Shown here piece after piece: positions 38,132-47,918 of a stretch of 64,000 bases of DNA. Origin of the DNA: a virus (Duplodnaviria > Caudoviricetes). The notes below the pieces were generated by a model, which saw only the letters and a list, made by a program, of their open reading frames with translations, was not told the origin of the DNA and made no database searches. The DNA lies in IMG/VR virus record IMGVR_UViG_2834917809_000007, positions 21,360 through 85,359 of that record. One strand, written 5' to 3'. Positions within the stretch are counted from its first letter, which is position 1, and each line of letters opens with the position of its first letter. The position numbers and the translations under genes were made by a program.

Positions 38132-39894
38132 TAAAAAATCTCCACGATGTTGCTGGTACTGGCGGAAGCTCCTGCCAGTGGTTCGTTATAAAGTGCGTGC
38201 ATGGTTGCCCAGGCTAAATCCGCGTGGCTGGCTTCCTCTGTGCGGGCTGCTTCGTAGGTTGGCCGGTTACCGCTGGCGGTGGTTGAGCGGCGAATGGACA
38301 TAAAGGACTGCGCGATATCCAGCATCCCCGCGTCAAACTCCAGACGGCGGCCGCTGATGATGTCGTAGGCTTTAAGCACCAGGGCATTTTTAACGGTCGG
38401 GTTGTAGACAAACTCACGCGCGGCAGGGAAGAACTGCTTAACCGTTTTGTAAACGCCATCGCCAACGCCGGTCGAGTCAATGCCGATGTAGGTCACGTTG
38501 TAGCGTCTGGTTATTTCCTCAATCGCTGAGGCCTGGGCGCGAAAGTCCATCCCGCGCCACTGGTGACGCTCAAGGATGCGGAATTTACCGCCGGGGACGA
38601 CGGGAGGCGCAATGACAACGCAACCGGCGCTGTCACCGTTCTGCGTTCCTTTTGCCGGGTCATAGCCGATCCAGACCGGGTGGTATGCAAACGGACGCAG
38701 TAAAAGCGGTTCGAAATCGTCCCACACATCCCAGCTGTCAACCATGCAGGACTGCAGCAACGCCAGCGGGAACACGGACGCTAGGTCGTCAACAAACTGA
38801 CACATCAGCAGGTTGTTGTATTCGTCCGGGCTGTACTCCAGGCGCAGCTGGTCCAGGTCGAAAAGGTTACAACCGCCGTTTACTGCGTCTTCGATGGTGA
38901 CTATCTGGCGGTACTGGCCGTCAGGACATAAAACGCCGTGCGCCAGGCTACTGTGAGAAAGGTCAAATTCTACCCTGTCGGCTTTCGGGCGCCCTTTATT
39001 GAATAGGGCACCAGACCAGAACGGGTAGGCGCTGTGCGTCAGGCTGGAAGGTGTTGAGAAATAGGTCTGGCGCCATTTTTTGTGCAGCGCCATACCGGAG
39101 GCCACCTTGCGCAGCTCCTGGAATTTCGGTATCCAGAAATACTCATCAAGATACAGATTGCCGTGATAGCTCTGCGCGGTACGGGCATTTGTACCGAGGA
39201 AGTAAAGACACGCGCCGTTAGGCAGCACCATCGGATCGCCTTTCAGTTCAACGTCCACCTCTTTTGCGAAGTCGATGATGTACTGTTTAAAAACGTGCGC
39301 CTGCGCTTTACTCGCTGACAGAAATATTTGATTTCGCCCCGTGGTGAGCGCGTCTATCAACGCTTCGCGGGCGAAATAGTAGGTTGCACCGATCTGGCGT
39401 GACTTTAAGAGGTTGCGAATACGGTGCTTGATGCCAGCGTCCCACCAGTGGCGCTGGTACTCGAACATACCGGCGCGGAAAATCTCTTCCAGCTTTTCGA
39501 TCTGCTCGTCGGTAAACAGGTTTTTTTCCGGCGGCTTGCGCGGACCTTTATTGCGGTTCGCCACGTTCGGATTCAGGTCTGCTTCATTCCCGCCATTGTT
39601 AAATTTGCCGATTCTGGCCTGTCGTTCGGACTGACGCGCCAGCAGGTCAATTTCTTTAAAGTCCTTTCCTTCCTTCTGCTCCTTCATGACGAGCTGGCAG
39701 TAACGTGCGGCGGTGGTGAGCTGCATCTGATCCAGTGGGCCATATTCGCCCCACTTATCGCGTTTTTTCCAGCTGTGAACGGTTGCAACTTTTTCGCCCA
39801 GCATTTCAGCAATGCGGGCTACGCGGTATCCCTGAAAGTACATCAGCATTGCCTGACGACGGGGATCGAGGTCTGCGGGGGTCAGTGTTGTCAT
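38131..39894 (-). CDS. P: Terminase ATPase subunit
   Basis: KSRQIGAT, YLDEYFW, GYDP motifs; start at MTTLTPADLD. Confidence 0.95.
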   Translation of the reverse strand: MTTLTPADLDPRRQAMLMYFQGYRVARIAEMLGEKVATVHSWKKRDKWGEYGPLDQMQLTTAARYCQLVMKEQKEGKDFKEIDLLARQSERQARIGKFNNGGNEADLNPNVANRNKGPRKPPEKNLFTDEQIEKLEEIFRAGMFEYQRHWWDAGIKHRIRNLLKSRQIGATYYFAREALIDALTTGRNQIFLSASKAQAHVFKQYIIDFAKEVDVELKGDPMVLPNGACLYFLGTNARTAQSYHGNLYLDEYFWIPKFQELRKVASGMALHKKWRQTYFSTPSSLTHSAYPFWSGALFNKGRPKADRVEFDLSHSSLAHGVLCPDGQYRQIVTIEDAVNGGCNLFDLDQLRLEYSPDEYNNLLMCQFVDDLASVFPLALLQSCMVDSWDVWDDFEPLLLRPFAYHPVWIGYDPAKGTQNGDSAGCVVIAPPVVPGGKFRILERHQWRGMDFRAQASAIEEITRRYNVTYIGIDSTGVGDGVYKTVKQFFPAAREFVYNPTVKNALVLKAYDIISGRRLEFDAGMLDIAQSFMSIRRSTTASGNRPTYEAARTEEASHADLAWATMHALYNEPLAGASASTSNIVEIF

Positions 39895-39940
39895 GGCACA
39901 AACATACGGCCTCAAATCAGCACTTTCCCCGGCTTCGCAT

Positions 39941-39958
39941 TGTGTGGGAGTTCGCACA
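39941..39958. promoter_or_regulatory. Ogr-type activator site between divergent P and O
   Basis: TGT-N12-ACA. Confidence 0.7.
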
Positions 39959-40043
39959 AGCCCAACGCGTTGTTTACACGCGCCCATCACCGCAAACATA
40001 AGGCTCTGAACGTGTTACGAACTAACTAACCGGAGCCGGACCG

Positions 40044-40871
40044 ATGGCAAAAAAATCTAAGCGTTTTCGCATTGGGGTCGAAGGGGCCACCACTGACGGG
40101 CGCGTTATTGAGCGTGAATGGCTCACCCAGATGGCAGCGAGCTATAACCCGCAGGTATACACCGCGCTGATCAATATGGAACACATCAAGGGCTTCACCC
40201 CTGATGGGCCTTTCCGTCGTTTTGGCATGGTGGAAAAGCTTGAAGCGGAAGAAATCACCGAGGGGGCATTGTCCGGGAAAATGGCGCTGTATGGCTGGAT
40301 TGCCCCGACTGACGATTTGGTCACGATGACAAGCAACTGGCAGAAGCTTTTCACCTCAATGGAAGTTAACACCAGTTTTGCCGATACCGGCTCCGCTTAT
40401 CTGGTTGGCCTGGCGATTACTGACGATCCGGCAAGCCTCGGCACTGAAATGCTGCAGTTCAGCGCCAGCGCAGAACATAACCCCCTGGCGCGCCGCAAGC
40501 TGGACAAAGAAAACCTGTTTACCGCTGCTGTTGAAACACTGATCGAGTTTGAGGACGTGCCGGAAAAAACCAGCCTGTTTACCCTCGTAAAAGAGCTGCT
40601 GTCCCGCAAAGGCGCCGATGATAACGCCCGCTTTGCTGATGTGAATCAGGCTGTTGAAACCATCGCGCGTGAGCATCAGACGCTGGCGGAGCAGGTCAGC
40701 ACCTATCAAATCGATTTCAGCAACAAGCTGAGCGATTTGCAAAAGGTTGTTGATGAGACAACCAGCGCACTCTCCACCCTGCGTGAGCAGCTTTCCACTC
40801 AGGACAGCCGCAGCGAGCGCCGCCCTAATGCGACCGGTAATAACGGCGCAGAACAAACCACCGATTGCTGA
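40044..40871 (+). CDS. O: Capsid scaffolding protein/protease
   Basis: EGATTDGRVI, GLAITDDPASLGTE. Confidence 0.95.
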   Translation: MAKKSKRFRIGVEGATTDGRVIEREWLTQMAASYNPQVYTALINMEHIKGFTPDGPFRRFGMVEKLEAEEITEGALSGKMALYGWIAPTDDLVTMTSNWQKLFTSMEVNTSFADTGSAYLVGLAITDDPASLGTEMLQFSASAEHNPLARRKLDKENLFTAAVETLIEFEDVPEKTSLFTLVKELLSRKGADDNARFADVNQAVETIAREHQTLAEQVSTYQIDFSNKLSDLQKVVDETTSALSTLREQLSTQDSRSERRPNATGNNGAEQTTDC

Positions 40872-40886
40872 CGGAGCAAAAGCACA

Positions 40887-42035
40887 ATGAAAAAAGAGAC
40901 TCGCTTTAAATTTAACGGCTATCTGACGCAGCTCGCCAAACTCAACGGCGTATCTGTGAGCGATATCGCCTCGAAATATACGGCTGAGCCGTCAGTGGCG
41001 CAGACGCTGGAAACGAAAATACAGGAGTCGTCCTCGTTCCTGCAGAAAATCAACATTGTCCCGGTTGATGAGCAGTCCGGCGAGCGTCTGGGGCTGGGTA
41101 TTGGTTCCAGTATTGCCGGAAATACTGATACCACCCAGAAAGACCGTGAACCCGTTGATCCGACTTACATCGACGGTGAAGGGTACAAGTGTACCCAGAC
41201 TAACTCTGATACGGCGTTGCCTTACGCGAAGCTGGATTTATGGGCTAAATTCCAGGACTTTCAGACGCGCATCCGTGACGCCATCATTACCCGCCAGGCG
41301 CTTGACCGCATCATGATCGGCTTCAACGGCGTGAAGCGTGAGAAAACGTCAGACCGCAAGACCTATCCGCTGTTGCAGGATGTGAATATCGGCTGGCTGG
41401 AAAAAATCCGCCAGGAGAAGCCCATTCAGGTTATGGACAAAATCGTGTCCGAAGGCGAGGTGATTTCTCAGACTATCCGTGTCGGCAAAGGCGGCGATTT
41501 CCTGAATCTGGACGCGCTGGTTATGGGCGCCGTGAATGAGAAAATTGCGCCGTGGTATCAGGAAGACACGGAGCTTGTTGTAATCGTCGGGCGCCAGTTA
41601 CTGGCGGATAAATATTTCCCGATAATCAACCGTGACCAGCCAAACAGCGAAGCGCTGGCGGCAGATCTGATCATCAGCCAGAAGCGTATCGGCAACCTCC
41701 CGGCCGTTCGCGCGCCTTTCTTCCCGGCGAATGCCATGCTGATCACCCGTCTGGATAACCTGTCTATTTACTGGCAGGCCGGTACCCGTCGTCGTTCAGT
41801 TATCGACAATCCGAAGCGTGACCGCGTGGAGAACTACGAATCCGTTAACGAGGCGTATGTTGTTGAAGATTACGACGGCGCTTGCCTGGTTGAGAACATC
41901 GAGTTGTTACCAGAGCAGGCAGACGGCAATCCGGGCGCTGCGCTTACGGCTGAAAATATTCAGACCATCGTTGCTGCAGCAGTGCAGGGCGCGCTTGATG
42001 CTCAGAATGCGGGCGGCACTGGCGCCGGGGCGTGA
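40887..42035 (+). CDS. N: Major capsid protein
   Basis: P2 gpN motifs; Ala/Gly-rich C-terminal extension. Confidence 0.95.
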   Translation: MKKETRFKFNGYLTQLAKLNGVSVSDIASKYTAEPSVAQTLETKIQESSSFLQKINIVPVDEQSGERLGLGIGSSIAGNTDTTQKDREPVDPTYIDGEGYKCTQTNSDTALPYAKLDLWAKFQDFQTRIRDAIITRQALDRIMIGFNGVKREKTSDRKTYPLLQDVNIGWLEKIRQEKPIQVMDKIVSEGEVISQTIRVGKGGDFLNLDALVMGAVNEKIAPWYQEDTELVVIVGRQLLADKYFPIINRDQPNSEALAADLIISQKRIGNLPAVRAPFFPANAMLITRLDNLSIYWQAGTRRRSVIDNPKRDRVENYESVNEAYVVEDYDGACLVENIELLPEQADGNPGAALTAENIQTIVAAAVQGALDAQNAGGTGAGA

Positions 42036-42038
42036 TAA

Positions 42039-42692
42039 ATGAATCCGTTCCGTGCTCACACTCAGTATGTACAGGCACAGGATGCCGCCCGGCAGGGCGG
42101 CAGTCATGCCAGTATGACGGGTTACAACCAGATGCTGTTACAGCTGACTGAACACCGCAGGCGCCTTAAAACCGTCCAGTCAAATGAGCGCAAGGCTCAG
42201 CTCAAACGTGAGTTTCTTCCCGCTTATGCCTCATGGATTGCAGGTTTACTGGATGCTGACGCGTCAGGCCAGGACGACGTGGCGATGTACGTCATGATCT
42301 GGCGCATTGATGCCGGAGACTATACCGGCGCGCTGGACATTGCCCGCCATGCCATTAAACACGGCTGGGTCCTGCCGCAGCGATTCAACCGGACCTGCGG
42401 GACCGCAGTTGCGGAAGAGTTTGCCGACGCGGCAATGCGTGCTTTTTCGGCGGGTGAATCATTCAGTGCCGCCATTCTTACCCAGGTGCTCGATATCGTT
42501 GAGAGTCAGGATATGCCGGATCAGTCCCGCGCCCGACTCCATAAGGCAATGGGCTATGCGCTGCGGGATAACGATCAGGCAGTGGCAGCACTTAACCATC
42601 TGAAGCGTGCCCTGCAACTGGATAACAGTTCTGGCGTCAAAACCGAAATCAACAAGCTTGAAAGCCGATTGCGACAGGCAATGTCGGCTTAA
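42039..42692 (+). CDS. M: Terminase endonuclease subunit
   Basis: WRIDAGDY, MPDQSRARLHKA. Confidence 0.92.
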   Translation: MNPFRAHTQYVQAQDAARQGGSHASMTGYNQMLLQLTEHRRRLKTVQSNERKAQLKREFLPAYASWIAGLLDADASGQDDVAMYVMIWRIDAGDYTGALDIARHAIKHGWVLPQRFNRTCGTAVAEEFADAAMRAFSAGESFSAAILTQVLDIVESQDMPDQSRARLHKAMGYALRDNDQAVAALNHLKRALQLDNSSGVKTEINKLESRLRQAMSA

Positions 42693-42790
42693 CGAATCGT
42701 GCCAACGCGCGGGGCGGCACGGGGTGGCGACAGGCTTCATGCCGCGTCAAAACCCCGTCCACCGCCCAACTATTTGGGAGTGCCAGAAAT

Positions 42791-43258
42791 ATGCAATTCG
42801 TTTCGCCGGAACAGGCCGGGGAAAGTACCCAGGACGTTATTAAAAACACCAGTTTCTGGCCTGATGTCAGGGTTTCAGAGTTCCGCCGTGATATGCGCAT
42901 GGATGGGAGTGTCACCGATCCACGCCTGCGTCTGGCGTTGCTGACAGCGATTGCTGAAGTTAACGCCGATCTTTATGAGTTCCGCGAGAAACAACGGGCG
43001 CAGGGGTATGCAAGCCTGGCCGACGTCCCTGCTGATGTGATCGACGGCGAAAGCCAGCGGCTCATGCTGTATCGCCGTGCGGTGTTTTGCTGGGCAAAAG
43101 CAAACCTGGTTGAGCGCTATCGCGATTTTGACGCAACCGGCGACGGAAGCAAGAAAGCCGAAGATATCGAAACAACCTTAGGCGAGCTGTGGCGCGATGT
43201 GCGCTGGGCGGAGTCCCGCCTGCGCGATATGCCACATATGACGGTGGAGCTGATTTGA
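42791..43258 (+). CDS. L: Head completion protein
   Basis: FWPDV, YRRAVFC. Confidence 0.9.
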   Translation: MQFVSPEQAGESTQDVIKNTSFWPDVRVSEFRRDMRMDGSVTDPRLRLALLTAIAEVNADLYEFREKQRAQGYASLADVPADVIDGESQRLMLYRRAVFCWAKANLVERYRDFDATGDGSKKAEDIETTLGELWRDVRWAESRLRDMPHMTVELI

Positions 43259-43461
43259 TGAAAGTGCGTGCGCATCAGTATGACACGGTGGACGCACTCT
43301 GCTGGCGCCATTACGGGCGCACGCAGGGAGTCACTGAACAGGTGCTGCAGGCGAATCCGGGGCTGGCTGAGTATGGCCCCTTTTTACCGCACGGGCTGCA
43401 GGTGGAGCTGCCTGACATTACGGCGTCAACCACTGCGCAGACTGTCCAGTTATGGGACTGA
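43258..43461 (+). CDS. X: Tail protein X
   Basis: DTVDALCWRHYG...ANPGLA. Confidence 0.92.
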   Translation: MKVRAHQYDTVDALCWRHYGRTQGVTEQVLQANPGLAEYGPFLPHGLQVELPDITASTTAQTVQLWD

Positions 43462-43464
43462 ACT

Positions 43465-43680
43465 ATGACGCTTGAACGAATCAGCGCCTTTATGACTTAC
43501 TGCGTTGCCCTGCTTCTGGCATGGCTCGGCGATTTGTCTCTTAAAGATGTATCGACCATTACCGGTCTTGCGCTGGGGATTATTACTGCAGCGGTGACCT
43601 GTTATTTACGCTGGAAAGCCTACCAGCTGCTGCGGGACGGCAGAATATCCAGGGGGGAATATGAGTCCTTCAATCGTTAA
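43465..43680 (+). CDS. Holin (HP1-type)
   Basis: Small membrane protein directly before the endolysin. Confidence 0.8.
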   Translation: MTLERISAFMTYCVALLLAWLGDLSLKDVSTITGLALGIITAAVTCYLRWKAYQLLRDGRISRGEYESFNR

Positions 43681-44176
43681 GCGTTGCATGGTCGGCGCGG
43701 TGCTGGCGATTGCCGCCACTCTGCCGGGCTTTCAGTCGCTTCATACCTCTGTTGAGGGGCTGAAACTGATTGCTGATTTCGAAGGGTGCCGCCTGCAGCC
43801 ATACCAGTGCAGCGCCGGGGTCTGGACTGACGGGATCGGCAATACGTCCGGGGTTGTGCCGGGCAAAACCATAACGGAGCGACAGGCCGCGAAGGGGCTG
43901 ATTAATAACGTGTTGCTGACGGAAAAAAGGATTGAAGCCTGCCTTCAGGTTAAGCCACCTCAGCATGTTTACGATGCCTTGATCAGCATCGGTTTCAATG
44001 TCGGAACGGGGGCAATCTGCCGGTCAACATTGGTTTCTTATATCAATCGCCAGCAATGGTGGCAGGCGTGCAACCAGTTCCCCCGCTGGGTTTATGTAAA
44101 TGGTCAACGGAATAAAGGGCTGGAAAACCGGCGCGCCCGTGAGCTTGCCTGGTGTCTTAAAGGGGCAGGGGCATGA
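43661..44176 (+). CDS. SAR endolysin (GH24, P1 Lyz-type disulphide switch)
   Basis: SAR segment with C9; catalytic E41/C50/T56 plus C43, the same spacing as P1 Lyz E42/C44/C51/T57. Confidence 0.88.
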   Translation: MSPSIVKRCMVGAVLAIAATLPGFQSLHTSVEGLKLIADFEGCRLQPYQCSAGVWTDGIGNTSGVVPGKTITERQAAKGLINNVLLTEKRIEACLQVKPPQHVYDALISIGFNVGTGAICRSTLVSYINRQQWWQACNQFPRWVYVNGQRNKGLENRRARELAWCLKGAGA

Positions 44177-44601
44177 CGCGCGCGCTGGCGGTGATCCTGG
44201 CTCTGGTGCTGGCACTGCTGGGCTGGCAGTCATGGCGGCTTAACAATGCCGGTCACACCATCGGGACGCAGGCAGAGGCGCTTAAAAAGAACAAGCAGGA
44301 GCTGGCGAAGAAAAATAGCCAGCTCATCAGCCTGTCCATTCTTACCGAAACCAACAGCCGGGCGCAGATGCATCTATATGCAGCAGCGGAGCAGACTTCC
44401 GCGTTGTTGCGGAGTCGCCAGCGCCGGATCGAGGAGCTAAAACGTGAAAACGAGGATTTACGCCGCTGGGCTGACACTCCTTTGCCTGCTGACATTATCC
44501 GGCTGCGGGACCGCCCGGCCCTCGCCGGAGGTGCAGCTTACCGTGAGTGGTTGTCCAAAAGTGACGCAGTGCCGCCTGGACAGGTCAGCGCCGCGCAGTA
44601 A
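44173..44601 (+). CDS. lysB: i-spanin
   Basis: N-terminal TM, coiled coil, WADTPLPADIIRL. Confidence 0.9.
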   Translation: MTRALAVILALVLALLGWQSWRLNNAGHTIGTQAEALKKNKQELAKKNSQLISLSILTETNSRAQMHLYAAAEQTSALLRSRQRRIEELKRENEDLRRWADTPLPADIIRLRDRPALAGGAAYREWLSKSDAVPPGQVSAAQ

Positions 44602-44734
44602 TGGGGATCTGAATCAGGTGCTGGATGAGACTGAGGCCGCTTGGGCGGCATGTGCCGACAAAGTGGACACAATCATTGCGTGTCAGGAGCGAGACAGTGA
44701 ACAAGCCGCAGTCCTTACGCAACGCCCTGAATAA
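44444..44734 (+). CDS. lysC: o-spanin lipoprotein
   Basis: GTG start after GAGGAG; lipobox LSGC; overlaps lysB. Confidence 0.85.
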   Translation: MKTRIYAAGLTLLCLLTLSGCGTARPSPEVQLTVSGCPKVTQCRLDRSAPRSNGDLNQVLDETEAAWAACADKVDTIIACQERDSEQAAVLTQRPE

Positions 44735-45128
44735 ATCTGTGGCGTATGTCCGTGACAACCCGGACAAACTGCACCTTTTTGTTGATAACGGTTCGCTGGT
44801 TGCAACTGGCGCCCGTTCAATGTCATGGGAATACCGCTACACCCTGAACGTGGTGATTGAAGATTTTAGCGGTAATCAGAATTTAGTGATGGCGCCCGTG
44901 CTGCTCTGGTTAATGACCAATCAACCGGACGCTATCAACAACCCGGAGCTGCGCGAAAAACTTTTTACCTTTGACGTCGATATCCTGAGCAACGATCTGT
45001 GTGATATCAGCCTCAATCTGCAACTCACGGAGCGCGTGATTGTCAGCACAGACGGCACCGTATCGAGCGTTGAAGCGGTGCCGGAACCCGACGTACCCGA
45101 AGAAATGTGGACGGTGAAGCGTGGATGA
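44697..45128 (+). CDS. R: Tail completion protein R
   Basis: GTG start; KPQSLR...FEYRYTL-like pattern. Confidence 0.9.
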   Translation: MNKPQSLRNALNKSVAYVRDNPDKLHLFVDNGSLVATGARSMSWEYRYTLNVVIEDFSGNQNLVMAPVLLWLMTNQPDAINNPELREKLFTFDVDILSNDLCDISLNLQLTERVIVSTDGTVSSVEAVPEPDVPEEMWTVKRG

Positions 45129-45567
45129 CCTGCAGAGGGTGGATGACTGGCTGGCGGCCCTGCTGGCGAATCTGGAACCGGCAGCCCGCAACCGTATGAT
45201 GCGACAACTGGCGCAGGAGCTGCGCCAGTCGCAACAGCAAAATATCAGGCTGCAGCGCAATCCAGACGGCACCACCTTTGAGCCGCGCCGGGTGACGGCC
45301 AGAAGTAAAAAGGGGCGCATCAAGCGCCAGATGTTCGCCAAATTGCGCACCACTAAATACCTGAAAACCGCAGCCACTGCGGACTCTGCCAGCGTGCAGT
45401 TTGATGGGAAAGTCCAGCGCATCGCCCGTGTTCACCATTATGGTCTGCGTGATCGAGTCAGACGCAACGGCCCGGAGGCACGGTACCCAGCACGCCGTCT
45501 TTTGGGCGTAAATGATGAACTGGAAACAGCCACCCGTGACATGCTTTTGCGTTGGCTGTCTGGGTGA
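45121..45567 (+). CDS. S: Tail completion protein S
   Basis: QRNPDG...ARVHHYGL...RRLLG. Confidence 0.92.
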   Translation: MDDLQRVDDWLAALLANLEPAARNRMMRQLAQELRQSQQQNIRLQRNPDGTTFEPRRVTARSKKGRIKRQMFAKLRTTKYLKTAATADSASVQFDGKVQRIARVHHYGLRDRVRRNGPEARYPARRLLGVNDELETATRDMLLRWLSG

Positions 45568-45599
45568 CGTTATCTCCAATTCGGTTTGGCCTGTGAGTA

Positions 45600-46898
45600 T
45601 TAATGCGAGCCGTTGGTTATAATTTGACCTGGCTCACCAAAGCTATCTCTTGCCTCATTAATCAAATCTTCCCAAGGCCATTTAATAGTTATATATTTTC
45701 TATAAATCAATATTGTTCTATCTATTGCCGTTACTTCATCAGTTGCATCATTGTATGATAGAACCAATCCTCTATCGTCACTATCAACTTGCAACTCTTC
45801 AATTTTTTGTAGGACAGTGCGTAAATTTCCTTTTAAAATTCTACTTTGTCTTTTGGATGCTATTTTGAAAATTGTGTCTAATTCGAGGCCTTGGATAAGT
45901 TCATCATCAGATGAGTCCATAATTACAGCCATGGCATGAGCATAAATACCAGTTGTCTCTGTTCTACGTCTTATTCCTGATGAAATGTCTTTTGCGAATT
46001 TATGATAGCGTGAATTTAATTGTTCAGCATATTTCATCGCTGCATCAATAAATTTTTCCCGGTTATCAATAATTGTTAAATTTTGACACTCTTCTTCAAT
46101 ATCAGTTTCATCAAGGATATTTAAAGCTAATTGTTGTAGAATTCCAACGTTACCATAGCAATCATCCAATATGCATCTGGTTATATGGTCTGAAAACTTT
46201 ACATTCAAAGTATTCGAGCCGCTTTCAATAACTTGTTCCAAATCTTTTCTTGACCATGAGATGGGTATTTCTTCTATGCGAGAGGATAGGTCTGTATTCA
46301 AGAAGATAAGGAGGTTTGTTTTGGTCCAAACTCCAATTATCACAAAAAAGCATCTGTAGTCCCATAATGCTTTTAAATCGTAAGCGAAAGTTTGTCTTTC
46401 GTGTGTTTTTAAATAATGAAAATCTTCAATGACCACTTTCCTACCTGATTCATTTATTATCTCAGCAATAAATCTTAGGTCATTAATGTCTTGGCCTACG
46501 TTACCTTTTTTTATAACCTCTTCTTCAGAGGTTTCGAGGCCAAGTTTAACTTTTAATTTTGCCAAAAGACCAATGCCACCTTCGGCTGAGCCTTCCATGA
46601 CACCTTTTATAGTGTCTTTTTCTGTTCTTTCTAATATAAGGTTGATGCCAAGTTGAGAAAGAATATCAATATAAATATCTAAGACTGTGGTTTTCAATCG
46701 ACACTGAACTACAATTGCATCTGGAATATTTCTTTGCCTTAACCATGATTTGCCGCACTTAGATTCTCCCCTAAGCGCAAGATGAATTGGTCTGCGTAAT
46801 TTCTTACTGATTTCCCTATCCAAGTTCCCTCTGTCTACATACGAATCAGCAAGAATTGTTGGCGAAATCCCAAAAACTTCGTGTGTCTGTTTTTTCAT
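45600..46898 (-). CDS. AT-rich moron: P-loop ATPase (STAND/AAA-like), 432 aa
   Basis: Walker A GESKCGKS, Walker B VVIEDFH; antisense, in the slot between S and V. Confidence 0.85.
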   Translation of the reverse strand: MKKQTHEVFGISPTILADSYVDRGNLDREISKKLRRPIHLALRGESKCGKSWLRQRNIPDAIVVQCRLKTTVLDIYIDILSQLGINLILERTEKDTIKGVMEGSAEGGIGLLAKLKVKLGLETSEEEVIKKGNVGQDINDLRFIAEIINESGRKVVIEDFHYLKTHERQTFAYDLKALWDYRCFFVIIGVWTKTNLLIFLNTDLSSRIEEIPISWSRKDLEQVIESGSNTLNVKFSDHITRCILDDCYGNVGILQQLALNILDETDIEEECQNLTIIDNREKFIDAAMKYAEQLNSRYHKFAKDISSGIRRRTETTGIYAHAMAVIMDSSDDELIQGLELDTIFKIASKRQSRILKGNLRTVLQKIEELQVDSDDRGLVLSYNDATDEVTAIDRTILIYRKYITIKWPWEDLINEARDSFGEPGQIITNGSH

Positions 46899-46919
46899 GT
46901 TTAACCCCAATATCCGTTT

Positions 46920-46937
46920 TGTACTATGTATCACACA
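46920..46937 (+). promoter_or_regulatory. Ogr-type activator site of the V promoter
   Basis: TGT-N12-ACA ending 47 bp upstream of the V start. Confidence 0.7.
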
Positions 46938-46983
46938 ATCCTTTCCGAAGGAAAGCTGCATTCTTTTAATTAACTATCTTCCT

Positions 46984-47562
46984 ATGAACGCACAACTAAC
47001 CGAAATCATGCGCCTTATCACCAACCTGATCCGCACCGGCACCGTAACCGAAGTGGACCGGGAAAACTGGCTGTGCCGGGTGAAAGTGGGCGAGCTTGAA
47101 ACCAACTGGATTAACTGGCTGACACTGCGCGCAGGCGGTGCCCGTACATGGTGGTGCCCGTCGCCGGATGAGCAGGTGGTGGTGCTGAGTATGGGCGGCA
47201 ATCTGGAAACCGCTTTTGCCTTACCTGCGATCTATTCCAACCAGTTTGCCCCGCCGTCGGACTCTGTGGACGGCTGCGTAACGGAATACCCGGACGGTGG
47301 CTGGTTTGAATATGAACCCGCGACCGGCCGCTGGCATGTGCGGGGCATCAAATCCATGGTGATCGAGGCTGCAGATAACATAACCCTGAAAACGGGGGAA
47401 TTTGTGGTGGAAGCAAGCAACACGCGCATAAACAGCGAAGTGGTGATCAATGGTGGCGTCACCCAGGGCGGCGGCGCCATGAGTTCTAACGGGATCGTAG
47501 TCGATAAACACGGTCATACCGGCGTTAAATCCGGCGGTGATACATCGGGAGGTCCGGTATGA
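46984..47562 (+). CDS. V: Baseplate spike V
   Basis: RLITNLIRTG, HGHTGV tip. Confidence 0.95.
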   Translation: MNAQLTEIMRLITNLIRTGTVTEVDRENWLCRVKVGELETNWINWLTLRAGGARTWWCPSPDEQVVVLSMGGNLETAFALPAIYSNQFAPPSDSVDGCVTEYPDGGWFEYEPATGRWHVRGIKSMVIEAADNITLKTGEFVVEASNTRINSEVVINGGVTQGGGAMSSNGIVVDKHGHTGVKSGGDTSGGPV

Positions 47563-47918
47563 CGCTGTATATCGGCATGAGTCAGGGCAACGGCAGGGCC
47601 ATTACCGACACGGACCACCTGCGCCAGTCGGTCCGGGATATTCTGCTGACCCCGCAGGGGAGCCGCATTGCCCGGCGGGAATATGGCTCGCTTCTGTCTG
47701 AACTGATAGACCAGCCGCAGAACCCGGCGCTGCGCCTGCAGGTTATGTCTGCGGTCTATGTGGCTCTGAGTCGCTGGGAGCCACGGCTTACCCTGGATTC
47801 CATCACCATAAACAGCAGTTTTGATGGTTCGATGGTGGTTGAGCTTACCGGGCAGCGTGATAACGGCGCGCCTGTTTCTCTTTCGGTATCAACAGGAGCA
47901 GACAATGGCAGTCATTGA
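47559..47918 (+). CDS. W: Baseplate W
   Basis: TPQGSRIARREYGS, RWEPR. Confidence 0.95.
   Translation: MTLYIGMSQGNGRAITDTDHLRQSVRDILLTPQGSRIARREYGSLLSELIDQPQNPALRLQVMSAVYVALSRWEPRLTLDSITINSSFDGSMVVELTGQRDNGAPVSLSVSTGADNGSH

Noticed and set aside
43661-44176. Cys in place of the catalytic Asp as a sign of an inactive endolysin
   Set aside because: Matches the known P1 Lyz-type SAR endolysin arrangement; not novel
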